A stretch of DNA of 64,000 nucleotides from an uncultured Actinomycetota bacterium (GTDB taxonomy: Bacteria; Actinomycetota; Actinomycetes; Actinomycetales; CAWJMD01), in contig CAWIED010000001.1 of NCBI GenBank assembly GCA_963835085.1, positions 1,998,474-2,062,473 of the forward strand, written 5' to 3'. The notes below the pieces were generated by a model. The model searched no databases. It saw nothing but the letters and a program-made list of their open reading frames with translations, and was not told the DNA's origin. Position 1 is the stretch's first letter; each line of letters opens with the position of its first letter. A program made the translations under genes and the position numbers. Below are positions 9,899 to 19,039 of this stretch, piece by piece.

Positions 9899-10160
9899 GT
9901 GGATGAGCTTACCGCGTGGTCGCGGGATCTGACTGTGGACGTCGGCGGGCACGGGGTCGTGTCGCACACCGGTCCGCAGCGCTGCGGCTGCTGGCCGACC
10001 GGAGCGGGCTGACCGCCGAGTTGTCCAGGGCGTCGCGTCGGCGCGGGTTCGCCCCGGTGCACGACCGCGGCCGGGTGCTGGCCGACACCGCAGTGCTGAT
10101 CGCTGACTGGGGTCCCAAGCCGTTCTCGCACTACCGGTGCCGACCGGAACCAGACCTCAG
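9899..10160 (+). mobile_element. IS1380-family-like DDE transposase N-terminal fragment (frameshifted, 3'-truncated)
   Basis: GTG 9899: VDELTAWSRDLTVDVGGHGVVSHTG, then a shift near 9975 to AALRLLADRSGLTAELSRA.RRRGFAPVHDRGRVLADTAVLIAD. This resembles the conserved N-terminus of IS1380-type transposases from memory. It ends where the eda remnant begins. Confidence 0.55.
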
Positions 10161-10162
10161 CG

Positions 10163-10322
10163 GGCTCCCGGGATGGACGGCGTGATCTCCAGCGCGCGGA
10201 ACCCGCCGTCGACCGCGGCGTGCGCGACGCGCTCTGCGCTGTCCGCCTCGGGGCAGTCGGACGATGAGGACCGCGCCGGAGTCTTCGATCGTGCGCAGTG
10301 TCGCGAGCTTGGTGAACATCTC
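10163..10322 (-). pseudogene. 5' fragment of a second eda paralog (about 53 codons, one frameshift)
   Basis: Reverse strand ATG 10322: MFTKLATLRTIEDSGAVLIVRLP, then a 1-nt indel, then ADSAERVAHAAVDGGFRALEITPSIPGA. Collinear with eda residues 1-55; similarity stops near 10163. Confidence 0.7.
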
Positions 10323-10356
10323 ATTGACGGGCCCTCCCATACTCCTTACAGTTGCT

Positions 10357-10395
10357 GCAACCGATCGCAGCAATCGGTTGCAGCAATCGATCTCT
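10357..10395. promoter_or_regulatory. operator-like array B between the eda remnant and the MFS gene
   Basis: GCAACCGATCGCA GCAATCGGTTGCA GCAATCGATCTCT (3 x 13 nt). The middle unit GCAATCGGTTGC is a 10/12 palindrome around a central CG. 10357-10382 also forms 10-bp inverted arms TGCAACCGAT/ATCGGTTGCA. Confidence 0.45.
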
Positions 10396-10620
10396 CTGAG
10401 GGGCGGGACTTGAGTTTGATCAGGTTCAGGCTTGGGGGCGACCAGCTTGACCGGGCGACGAGTTCTTGTGTCCGGTCTCGCGCCAGCACGCACCGTCGTG
10501 GTGGGCGCCTCCCACTGGCACGTCCCTACTTCATGCAGCAGCGATCGCTGACTAGCGCGGCTGCTGGTCCTAGATCGAGCCCCGATTCACGGCCAAGGAT
10601 GGCCCCGACCGAGAGAGAAA

Positions 10621-12021
10621 ATGTCAATGGCTGACATGACCCAAGAAAAGCGCGGCAAAGACCAATCCAAGAAAGCCGCTGCCAGCGGCTGGATCGGTAG
10701 CGCACTCGAGTACTACGACTTCTTCATCTACGCTCAGGCTGCAGCGTTGATCTTCCCCACGATCATGTTCGACAAGGCCGATCCCCGGATGGGCATCATC
10801 GGCGCTCTGGGCACCTACGCGGTGGGTTACGTCGCGCGGCCGATCGGCGCCTTGGTCCTCGGCGCCTGGGGTGACAAGTACGGACGCAAGAACGTGCTGG
10901 TGCTCTGCATGTTGCTGATGGGCTTCTCGACGATGCTTGTCGCCGTCCTGCCGACCTACCAGCAGATCGGCTTGGGCGCTCCGGCGTTGCTGTTAGCGCT
11001 CCGCCTCATCCAAGGGTTCGCGGTGGCCGGCGAGGTCTCCGGGGCAAGTTCGATGATCCTGGAAAGTGCACCGTTCGGGCGGCGCGGGTACTTCGGTAGC
11101 TTCACCCTGCAGGGCACTCAGTTCGGACAGCTCCTCGCCGCAGCGGTCTTCTTGCCGGTGGCCCACTTCCTGTCGGAGGACTCCTTCCAGTCCTGGGGAT
11201 GGCGGATTCCGTTCGCCCTCAGCGCTGTGGTGGTCTTCGCCGGCTACATGATCCGCCGCAAGGTCGACGAAACTCACACCAACGCCGAGGAGCAGGCGCA
11301 CGGCGAGGTGGCCGCGGTGCCGATTATGACCGCGTTCAAGGAGAGCCCTGGCACCATCTTCCGGGTGTTCTGCATGGCGCTGACGGCCATCATCGCGACG
11401 ACCACGTCCATCTTCGGTGCTACCTACGCCACCAATCCGGCGTACGGAATCGGATTCCACGCCGACGTCTACCTCTGGATCCCGCTCCTGGGCAACGCCC
11501 TCGCGGTGTTCTTCATCCCGATTGTCGGAGAGCTGTCCGACCGGATCGGCCGGCGCCCGCTGCTCCTCGGACCCACCGCCTTGGCCGGCCTGATGTCCTA
11601 CGGCTACCTGTGGGCGATCAGCGACAAGAACGTCGCGCTCGCGATCGTCTTCTCGCTGGTGATGTGGGGCTGTGTCTACCAGGGCTACAACGCGGTCTTC
11701 CCGTCCTACTTCCCCGAGCTGTTCCCGGCCCACACCCGGGTTTCCGGTATGGCGCTCGGCCAGAACATGGGCACAGTGGTCGCCTCACTGATGAGTGTGG
11801 TCTTCCCCATTGTCGCCCCTCCGGGATCGACGCACGTGGTTCTGATCGTCGGCTCTATCACCCTCGGGCTGTGCCTGGTCGCCGTCGCCGGGGCGTACTT
11901 CTCGCCGGAGACGTTCCGGATCCGCTCGGAGGACCTGGGGGTACCGGGTGCCAAGCCGGTCCCTGAGGCCGAATACCACCGGCTGCGCGCTGCCTCCATC
12001 ACTGCGGCGAAGGCATCCTGA
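10621..12021 (+). CDS. MFS transporter, metabolite:H+ symporter (MHS; ShiA/KgtP/ProP-like) family
   Basis: 466-aa intact ORF. N-terminal GWIGSALEYYDFFIY signature of the MHS family, GDKYGRKNVL loop motif, about 12 hydrophobic segments. Confidence 0.9.
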   Translation: MSMADMTQEKRGKDQSKKAAASGWIGSALEYYDFFIYAQAAALIFPTIMFDKADPRMGIIGALGTYAVGYVARPIGALVLGAWGDKYGRKNVLVLCMLLMGFSTMLVAVLPTYQQIGLGAPALLLALRLIQGFAVAGEVSGASSMILESAPFGRRGYFGSFTLQGTQFGQLLAAAVFLPVAHFLSEDSFQSWGWRIPFALSAVVVFAGYMIRRKVDETHTNAEEQAHGEVAAVPIMTAFKESPGTIFRVFCMALTAIIATTTSIFGATYATNPAYGIGFHADVYLWIPLLGNALAVFFIPIVGELSDRIGRRPLLLGPTALAGLMSYGYLWAISDKNVALAIVFSLVMWGCVYQGYNAVFPSYFPELFPAHTRVSGMALGQNMGTVVASLMSVVFPIVAPPGSTHVVLIVGSITLGLCLVAVAGAYFSPETFRIRSEDLGVPGAKPVPEAEYHRLRAASITAAKAS

Positions 12022-12130
12022 CCGGTATCGACCCGGCAACTCTGCGGCAACCACGGCGGGTGGTCGATTTTCGCCCATCCGCCGTGTGGCGTGGTTGGAC
12101 TGTTCTGGAACATATCTCAGGAGTAGATCT

Positions 12131-12309
12131 ATGCATCAGCAAAATCAGCCCGTTGTGGCACTCGTCCTGTGTGCCCTGCTCGGCGTGAGCGGTTGGTACA
12201 TGATCTCTGGCGAGGGCATCAACGGCCGGACATCGGCTGGTGCTTCATCGTTGTCGGCATCGTCGGCGGCGCCGTCAATCTGGTGATGGTCCTGCGTGCC
12301 CGCCGCTGA
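12131..12309 (+). pseudogene. small two-TM membrane peptide, frameshifted
   Basis: ATG 12131 after AGGAG gives MHQQNQPVVALVLCALLGVSGWYMISGEGINGR. A second hydrophobic segment GWCFIVVGIVGGAVNLVMVLRARR (stop 12307-12309) is in another frame; the 110-nt offset is not a multiple of 3. Confidence 0.4.
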
Positions 12310-12644
12310 CCACGCGGCATGCCCATCGCATGCGGCGTCGCCACGAATGATCGACGACTGTCGAGAAACGGCGGATCGTCACCGCTCGACCTCGAGATCG
12401 TGCCCGACGTCACGGCCGTGCGGGTCGCGGTTCACCAAGCAAGCCGGCAACGACGTCCCGCTCCCTCATTGCGGTGCTGCTGTTCCAGCGCCGCATCGTC
12501 GCCGGCCTCACCGCTGGTCGCGTGAAGTAGGGGCACACCCCGCCCCACCAGCTCGAGTCGCCTCCAACCCTTCTCCGGCGGGTTTGCGGACCCGCGTCGG
12601 AGCCATGGTTGACACGCAGGTGGTCCTCCGTCTAACTTTTTTCT

Positions 12645-12668
12645 GCAACCGATCTCAGCAATCGATCT
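12645..12668. promoter_or_regulatory. operator-like array C upstream of the Gfo/Idh/MocA-LacI operon
   Basis: GCAACCGATCTCA GCAATCGATCT, preceded by a T6 run, ~210 nt upstream of ATG 12878. Confidence 0.45.
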
Positions 12669-12877
12669 AATGGGGAGGCCATGACCATCGGCCCGGGCGA
12701 TCTGCATGCCCGCTGCGTACGTTGCGACGCGCTGTCCCAGCCGTCGCACGGAGACGCTGATGACCGGGCTCCTGGTGCTGTCGATGGCCCCGGTGATCGT
12801 GCGTTGGTCGGGCGCCGCCAAGCTCTGCGGGCCAGCGAGCTCGCCGCTGGGATACTCAGCCGCCGTGGTGCGCAGAA

Positions 12878-13876
12878 ATGAACAAGGCCAAGACGATCAT
12901 CCTCGGCGCGTCGCACTGGCATATGCCCCTGTGTGCAGACCGGATCGCCGAGCAGCACGACGTGGTGGGGGTCAGCGACCCTGACCCGTCGCGCGCGAAG
13001 CACCTTGCGGATCTCTGGGACGCGCCTCTCTTTCCGTCCTGGGAGGAAGTGCTCGCGGCCCACGGGGACGCCGAGCTGGCGTACGTCTTCGTCCCGCACG
13101 ACGTGATGCGCGAGGTCTGTCTCGCTCTCGTCGCTCGGCGCATCCCGCTCGTCGTGGAGAAGCCGGCCGGGGTGTCGTTGCAGGAGCTGGTCGACGTCCG
13201 GGCGGCCGCGGACGCTGCCGGGGTACCAATCGCCGTGCCACTCGTGCAGCGGGGCGGTCCGACCGACCGCTGGCTGGCGAGGGCTGGCCGCTCGGTTTAC
13301 GAGAGCGTCCAGTTCATCGCGGGCCCGCCCGACCGTTACCCCGTCAACGGCAGTCCGTGGATGGTCGACGTCGAGCGCGCCGGCGGCGGGTGCATGGTCA
13401 ACCTCGCTCCGCACTTCGTGGATCTCTTCCTCCGCTCGGCCGGTGCAGAGGAAGTAGCGGTGACGGCAGCCCTGTCGTCGATACTGCACGGCCGCAGCGT
13501 CGAGGACTACGCCTCTATGACGCTGACCACGGCCGACGGACGGATCGCCACCATCGAGGTGGGATACGCGTTCCCCGGGTCGCCGCTCAAGCGGCACTGC
13601 TCTTTCATGCGGATCGGCGCCGCGGGGACCGCGACCATCTGGTCTGACGGGAATGCGTCGTTCACCTCCGTCGACGGCGTCACGGAGACCGCACTCATCG
13701 ACGTGGACAGCGACCCGTTGTACGGAACATTCGTCGACCAGGTGGCCGAGCAGCTGAGACGTGGTTTCGTGGAGCTTCCGCGGATCAGCGATCTCGAGAC
13801 CACGATGGCCGTCATCTGGGACGCGTACGCGCACGGCCGACAGGGGAGAACCGGTGTCCACACCCAGCATCGATGA
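12878..13876 (+). CDS. Gfo/Idh/MocA family oxidoreductase
   Basis: 332-aa intact ORF with N-terminal Rossmann-like segment and EKP motif (PLVVEKPAG) typical of the family. The 3' end overlaps the LacI start by 23 nt. Confidence 0.8.
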   Translation: MNKAKTIILGASHWHMPLCADRIAEQHDVVGVSDPDPSRAKHLADLWDAPLFPSWEEVLAAHGDAELAYVFVPHDVMREVCLALVARRIPLVVEKPAGVSLQELVDVRAAADAAGVPIAVPLVQRGGPTDRWLARAGRSVYESVQFIAGPPDRYPVNGSPWMVDVERAGGGCMVNLAPHFVDLFLRSAGAEEVAVTAALSSILHGRSVEDYASMTLTTADGRIATIEVGYAFPGSPLKRHCSFMRIGAAGTATIWSDGNASFTSVDGVTETALIDVDSDPLYGTFVDQVAEQLRRGFVELPRISDLETTMAVIWDAYAHGRQGRTGVHTQHR

Positions 13877-14849
13877 GGTAGCGGCGGCAGCCGGAGTCCA
13901 CAAGTCGACGGTCTCGCGGGCATTCTCGCGTCCCGAGGCCGTCAAACGGGAGACCCGGGACCACGTCCGCCAGGTCGCGGCCTCCATGGGCTACACGATG
14001 AGCCCGCTCGCCCAGGCGCTCCGAACCAAGGTCAGCACCCTCGTGCCTCTGGTCGTCCCCGACATCACCAACCCGTACTTCGCTGAGCTCGCCAAGGCCA
14101 TGACGGCCGCCGCGGGGGAGCGTGGCTACCAGCTGGTGCTATGCGTGACAGAGAATGACCCGGACGCGACGGCCCGGTACCTCGACGCCATGCAGGCGAT
14201 GTACGCGCCTTTCGCGGTGATCGCGCCCTACGCCCGGGCCTTTCCCGCCGAGTTCGAGTCCCGGGGGTTCGGAAAACGGCTGGTCGTCATCGACCGGGTC
14301 GAGTCTGGCGACCAGACATCCACGGTGACCGTCGACAGCGCGACAGGGATCGCGCTCGCGTTGAACCACTTGTTCGAGCTCGGGCACATCTCCATCGCCT
14401 ACGTCTCGGGGATCGCGGGGACGCACACCGCCGCAGACCGGCGCCAGGCTTACCGGACGCTGGCTGAGAAGCACGGGATGACGCCGATCGAGCTCGACAG
14501 CAGCGGGATCGGCGTCGGCGCAGGCGAACGTGCCGCAGAAGAGCTCATGAGCCTGCGTGAGCGGCCGACCGCCGTCGTCGCGGGCAACGACATGGTCGCC
14601 TTCGGACTCATCAGCTCGCTCGGCTCGCGGGGGATGTCGGTCCCCGGCGACGTCTCGGTGGTGGGCTTCGACGGTCTGCTGCTCGGCGCCCGCAGCAACC
14701 CGCCGCTGACCTCGGTGCAGCAACCCATCGCCGAGATGGGCCGCCTCGCGATCCGTCTCGCCGAGCAGGCGGCGAACGGCGGCCCGGTCGAGCACGTGGT
14801 GCTCCAGCCGCAGCTGCTCGTCCGCTCCTCGACCGGGCCGGTCCGGTGA
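13854..14849 (+). CDS. LacI family transcriptional regulator
   Basis: GTG 13854 after GGGGAGAA. VSTPSIDEVAAAAGVHKSTVSRAFSRPEAVKRETRDHVRQVAASMGYTMSPLAQALR (LacI HTH) followed by a periplasmic-binding-protein-like sugar-binding core. Confidence 0.9.
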   Translation: MSTPSIDEVAAAAGVHKSTVSRAFSRPEAVKRETRDHVRQVAASMGYTMSPLAQALRTKVSTLVPLVVPDITNPYFAELAKAMTAAAGERGYQLVLCVTENDPDATARYLDAMQAMYAPFAVIAPYARAFPAEFESRGFGKRLVVIDRVESGDQTSTVTVDSATGIALALNHLFELGHISIAYVSGIAGTHTAADRRQAYRTLAEKHGMTPIELDSSGIGVGAGERAAEELMSLRERPTAVVAGNDMVAFGLISSLGSRGMSVPGDVSVVGFDGLLLGARSNPPLTSVQQPIAEMGRLAIRLAEQAANGGPVEHVVLQPQLLVRSSTGPVR

Positions 14850-15397
14850 CTGGCCGGTTGCTGCCCGGGCTCCGGCACGTGGACCATGCTGCGTACACGG
14901 TCCCGGACCTGGACGAGGCGGTGCACTTCTTCGTCGAGGTCCTCGGGGCGGAGGAGCTCTACCGCTCCCAGCGCGGTCCCGACCCGTCGTTCATGCCGGC
15001 GCACTTCGACGTCCCGCCGGACGCTGTCCTCGAGCTCGCGATGCTGCGGCTCCCGCCGAACCTGAACGTCGAGCTGTTCGAGTGGCAGACCGTGGACCAG
15101 CGGAGCCAGCACCCTCGACACAGCGACCGGGGCGGTCACCACCTGTGCTTCGTCGTCGACGACGTCGACGCGGCGATCGCCCACCTCGGCACGATCCCGG
15201 GCGTTCGGGTTCTCGGCGGCCGCAAGGAAGTCGGTCCCGACAGCCCCCTCGTGGCCGGCAACCGTTGGACGTACTTCGTCACCCCCTGGGGCCTGCTGAT
15301 GGAGCTCGTGGACCGTTCCCGAGTGCAGAACCCCCCGAACCTCGTCGGCCCCGCGGACTGGAACCGCCCGCCAAGAAGGAGCACCCCTCACTTATGA
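14846..15397 (+). CDS. VOC (glyoxalase/bleomycin resistance/dioxygenase) family protein
   Basis: 183 aa. LRHVDHAAYTVPDLDEAVHFFVEVLGAEE ... GGHHLCFVVDDVDAAIAHL ... WTYFVTPWGLLMELV, a typical paired beta-alpha-beta-beta-beta module. GTGA overlap with the LacI stop. Confidence 0.8.
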   Translation: MTGRLLPGLRHVDHAAYTVPDLDEAVHFFVEVLGAEELYRSQRGPDPSFMPAHFDVPPDAVLELAMLRLPPNLNVELFEWQTVDQRSQHPRHSDRGGHHLCFVVDDVDAAIAHLGTIPGVRVLGGRKEVGPDSPLVAGNRWTYFVTPWGLLMELVDRSRVQNPPNLVGPADWNRPPRRSTPHL

Positions 15398-16290
15398 TCA
15401 TCGCCGGACACACGCTCGGAACCCCGGGCCGTGACCTCGCCGAAGCGCTTTGCCTCTTCGGCACGGCAGGTCTCGACGCCGCCGAAGTCATCTACCAGGA
15501 CGACTACCCGGCGGCCATCAGCCCGTCGGACCCACGGTCTGCGCAGCGGGCCGCCGCTATCGCCGACGCCGAAGGTATCCCGATCGTCGCGCTCACCCCG
15601 TACACGACCTCGATCAACAGCCTCGACGCGGCGAGCTGGCAGCAGGGGATCGACGAGTTCCGCGCATGCCTCGAGGCCGCGCACACCGTCGGTGCGACCC
15701 GCGTCCGGGTGTACGCCGGCTCCTGGCACCCGGGAGACACCGATGACGCCCGGCACTGGGAGCAGCTGCGCAGCGGCGCTGACCGTCCTCGCGCCCGAGG
15801 CCGCGGATGCCGGGCGTCGTGCTGTGCGTCGAGAACCACTTCGGCACCATGACGCAGACCGCGGCCGATACCGCGCGCGGCTCGTCCGCGAGGTCGGCTC
15901 CCGCCGTCCGTCCGCGTGCTGTACGACCAGGCCAACCTGACCTTCACCCATGACGAGACCTGGCGGGAGGCCTTCGCCGTCCAGGGCGAGCTCGTCGGCC
16001 ACGTGCACGTGAAGGACCTGGTATTCGCAGACCCCGAGGCGCCCTTCCGGGCCTCGGACACCGCCCGGGTCAAGGCCGAAGAACGCGCCGTCAGGTCCCG
16101 GGTCGTCGGTACGGGCGTCATCCCGTGGCCAGACATCCTCTCCGAGCTCGTGCGCCGCGGTTACGACGACGTGCTCTCGCTCGAGTACGAGTACCGGTGG
16201 CATCCTCAGGACCTGCCCGACCCTGCGATCGGCTTCAAGGACGCCGCACTCGCGCTCCGCAAGATCCTCGCCACGGTGGTGGCCGCATGA
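15394..16290 (+). pseudogene. sugar phosphate isomerase/epimerase (xylose isomerase-like TIM barrel) with clustered compensating frameshifts
   Basis: ATG 15394 (ATGA overlap, AAGAAGGAG upstream). Family-like sequence runs in frame A to ~15770, then AAALTVLAPEAADAG (frame B), VVLCVENHFGTMTQTAADTA (frame C), RLVREVGS (frame B), PSVRVLYDQANLTFTHDE...LSLEYEY (frame A again). Frame A itself hits a stop at 15850-15852. Confidence 0.7.
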
Positions 16291-17278
16291 CGAGTGCAGA
16301 CGTGCTGCGTATCGGTGTGGCGGGCGCCGGCAACATCGCGAGCATCGCCCAGCTCCCGACCCTCGTCGCGCGCGACGACGTGGAGCTGCGGGGCCTGGTC
16401 ACCCGCAAGGCTGACCCGCAGCCCCTAATGCAGCGCTGGGGCTTCCGCCGTGCCTATCCGACGGTCGAGGCGATGCTCGAGACGGAGGAGCTGGACGCGT
16501 TGTTCGTCCTCACTCCCCGGTCGGAGCACGTCCAAGCGACGCGACTCGCGCTGGAGGCCGGCGTCGACGTCTTCTGCGAGAAGCCGCTGGCGACGAGCGC
16601 GTCCGACGCGCAGTCCCTCGCCGAGCTGGCCGCCGCACGCGAACGGGTGCTCATGGTCGGTTTCAATCGGCGCTTCGCTCCGGTCTACGAGGCCGGTCGC
16701 GCGGCTCTCGGGGCAGAGCGGCGCGAGCTTCTGCGTCGCCCAGAAGAACCGCGCAGGCTCCGAGTACCGCGCCACCTTCGAGAACGCGATCCACATGGTC
16801 GACCTGCTGCGCTGGTACTGCGGGGGTGAGCCGGTCGAGGTCAGTGCGCACGCGGCCGGTGAGGACCGCTGGCAGGAGGACGGCGTGCGCCGCGCTCGTC
16901 CGGTTCGACAACGGTCACACCGGCGTGCTCGTGGCGGCCCGCGACGCCGGCGGCTGGAGCGAGAAGCTCGACGCCTACGGAGGCGGGGCGAGCGCGAACG
17001 TCACCGCGCCCGACCGGATCTCGATCAGCCGGCCCGACGGGACGACCGTGCGCGAGATGTCGCCCGAGGCTTTCGGCTGGGCGACGGCGACGCAGACGTT
17101 CGGCTTCGCCGGAGCGGTTCACCACTTCCTGGACCGCGTCCGGGACCGCGGTGAGCCCTTGACGTCCGGGGCTGACGCGGTGAAGACCCAGATCCTCCTC
17201 GAACGCATCCTCGCCGTCGCCGGGCTCCCCACCGACGAGCAACCCGGACGCGTCTGGAGCAGCCACGCCAAGAAGTGA
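16287..17278 (+). pseudogene. Gfo/Idh/MocA family oxidoreductase with two frameshifts
   Basis: ATG 16287 (ATGA overlap): MTSADVLRIGVAGAGNIASIAQLPTL...VFCEKPLA...MVGFNRRFAPVY. Shift near 16715 to SFCVAQKNRAGSEYRATFENAIHMVDLLRWYCG. Shift near 16885 to ALVRFDNGHTGVLVAARDAGGWSEKLDAYG...ILLERILA, stop 17278. Confidence 0.7.
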
Positions 17279-17427
17279 CGGCGACGACCCGACGTCGTTC
17301 CCGGCTCGATCAGGTCGTCTCCATCACGGCAAGGGCTCCTTCAAGGCTCTATTGATCAAGGTCACAATTCGCCTTATGTATGGCGTACGTTATTTCAGTA
17401 GGCATTTAACTGATAGGCTGTTTCGAT

Positions 17428-18240
17428 ATGATTATTAATACGTTTTCGTACCTATGGTCGTCTACGGCAATCGACGCAATTACGGAATTGGTCGACAATG
17501 GGTATAAGACTTTTGAGGTTCCGATTAGCTCCCCACATTGTTGGCCGGATGAGATATCCATCTCGGAGCGCTCGGCCATTAGAGCAAAGCTCAGTGAGTA
17601 CGACGCGAGAATTAGATCGCTGAACGCCGGTGGATATGACATCAACTTGGCTAGCCCTGGCGCTAGTATGCGCCTCAGAAGTATTGAACACGTTAAGTCG
17701 GTGATTGACTTGGCTGTAGCTTGGGATGTCCCCGAAGTTGTGATATCCTCCGGCACAAGACGCCCTATGATTTCACCTCCACTCGAAAAGGCTTATGGGT
17801 GGATGTATGAGAGTTTGGATAGTTTGATTCCACTGGCCGAACAGGCCGGCACACGACTCCTTATAGAGAATACTCCTTACTGCTTCACTCCTACCATCCG
17901 AGACCTGGCGGGCATCGTCAGTACGATCAACGATGATGTACTCAAGATCGTGTACGACGTCGCCAATGCTGCTTACATAGGGGAGGATCCCGTAGCGGGT
18001 TTGCTCTCAAATCAAGAATCTATTGCACTTGTGCATATTTCTGATACGGGTACGGAGACATGGGGCCATGATCCAATCGGCACGGGAGTGGTAGATTTTG
18101 AAGGATTGGGCGATGCCGTCGAAGCAACATGCGGAGTAAGTAATGTTGTTCTCGAGATCATTCGCGAAGAAAACACCTTATATGAATTTGGCAAAGCAAT
18201 GCATGATCTCAGAAATAAGGGCTGGAAATTGGTCGAGTAA
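17428..18240 (+). CDS. sugar phosphate isomerase/epimerase (xylose isomerase-like TIM barrel), low-GC foreign gene
   Basis: 270-aa intact ORF. ...TFEVPISSPHCWP...RLLIENTPY...IVYDVANA...ALVHISD... has the layout of AP-endonuclease-2/xylose-isomerase-like TIM barrels. First 60 nt are 40% GC by hand count. Confidence 0.85.
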   Translation: MIINTFSYLWSSTAIDAITELVDNGYKTFEVPISSPHCWPDEISISERSAIRAKLSEYDARIRSLNAGGYDINLASPGASMRLRSIEHVKSVIDLAVAWDVPEVVISSGTRRPMISPPLEKAYGWMYESLDSLIPLAEQAGTRLLIENTPYCFTPTIRDLAGIVSTINDDVLKIVYDVANAAYIGEDPVAGLLSNQESIALVHISDTGTETWGHDPIGTGVVDFEGLGDAVEATCGVSNVVLEIIREENTLYEFGKAMHDLRNKGWKLVE

Positions 18241-18499
18241 CCCCAGTGTGGAAGGTATTTGGTTCAAGCATTCTGAATTTGAGATTTCGGCTGAGGCGTT
18301 GGATTTGATCAGTGTGCCGACTGCGGATCGGTTGCCGTAGCGGTCGCACGGCAGCGAGGCTGGTGATGCGGCCACGGTCTGGTGGAAGAACAACATCAGG
18401 CGGCGCTGAATCCGGTAGCGCTTCAGCACCGCGGTGTCGGCCGACGAAGCCGGCGGAGCGACCCGCAGGGACCGGACCGAGTCCGGCAACCTACTCGAC

Positions 18500-19030
18500 T
18501 ACTCGGCCCGGGGCGTTGGGCAGCTCGTAGTCGTGGCCGAACAGGAGTGGCGACGCGGCTGCGGCGGACCTGTCCGCGCCTCGGGGAACACAGTTCCGTG
18601 ATAGGTCATGGCATCGAGTTGCAGCTTGGCTGCCGCGGTGAGCAGTACCCTCGCGCACCAGCGAAGATCGTCAGCTGATATGCCCGCGCGGCCGTGGGCA
18701 GCGGCGACGATTGCTGCGGCGGCTACCGCGGCGACGGGATCCTCGGGGAAGAGGACGCCGCCCCGGGGAGGATTGTCGACCAGGTGACGGGCGGCGGCGA
18801 CGTCGTCGAGCAGATGGTCGGTAGGGGCGCTGTGCTCGTCGTTGGCGGCGTAGGTGTTCCAGAGGCGCAGCGCATCGTTGCCTGCGACGAAGGTCGGCCG
18901 CCCCGGTGGCCAGGGCCGCAGCGACCAGGGTTGGGGTGCTCGTACTGCATCAGTATCCGGCCGTCCCTGTCACTGCCGCGCCCGACGAGGCGTAGGCGCC
19001 GCTGAGTTCGGTCAACCGCGAGGCTCTCAT
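18500..19030 (-). pseudogene. unidentified coding remnant (frameshifted, no start or stop context)
   Basis: Minus-strand stretch not in the ORF track: PTFVAGNDALRLWNTYAANDEHSAPTDHLLDDVAAARHLVDNPPRGGVLFPEDPVAAVAAAAIVAAAHGRAGISADDLRWCARVLLTAAAKLQLDAMTYHGTVFPE, then a shifted GADRSAAAASPLLFGHDYELPNAPG. High GC3 and protein-like, but no family recognised. Confidence 0.3.
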
Positions 19031-19039
19031 GATGTCGCG

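Noticed and set aside
12681-12881. 66-aa ORF with GGGGAGG upstream and an ATGA overlap onto the Gfo/Idh/MocA start, as a possible leader peptide or small protein
   Set aside because: GC3 is only ~70% by hand count, and an overlapping alternative frame (12706..) has a higher GC3. The sequence is not protein-like and the SD spacing is only ~3 nt. It is probably non-coding leader, though coupling cannot be excluded.
17330-18320. Integron-type gene cassette with an attC site downstream of the low-GC TIM-barrel gene
   Set aside because: A GTTGGAT (GTTRRRY-like) core occurs near 18298, but I saw no matching RYYYAAC partner or imperfect inverted-repeat structure. No intI gene is present.
5266-18330. 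Second copy of the tRNA-Arg 3' segment (att repeat) defining the far end of the island
   Set aside because: It was not seen at any of the compositional or gene-decay junctions I inspected. I could not scan every base exhaustively, so the island's left boundary remains undefined.
18300-18460. Transposase or integrase fragment in ADTAVLKRYRIQRRLMLFFHQTVAASPASLPCDRYG (minus strand)
   Set aside because: It looks protein-like, but I cannot match it to any family from memory. It is left unannotated rather than guessed.
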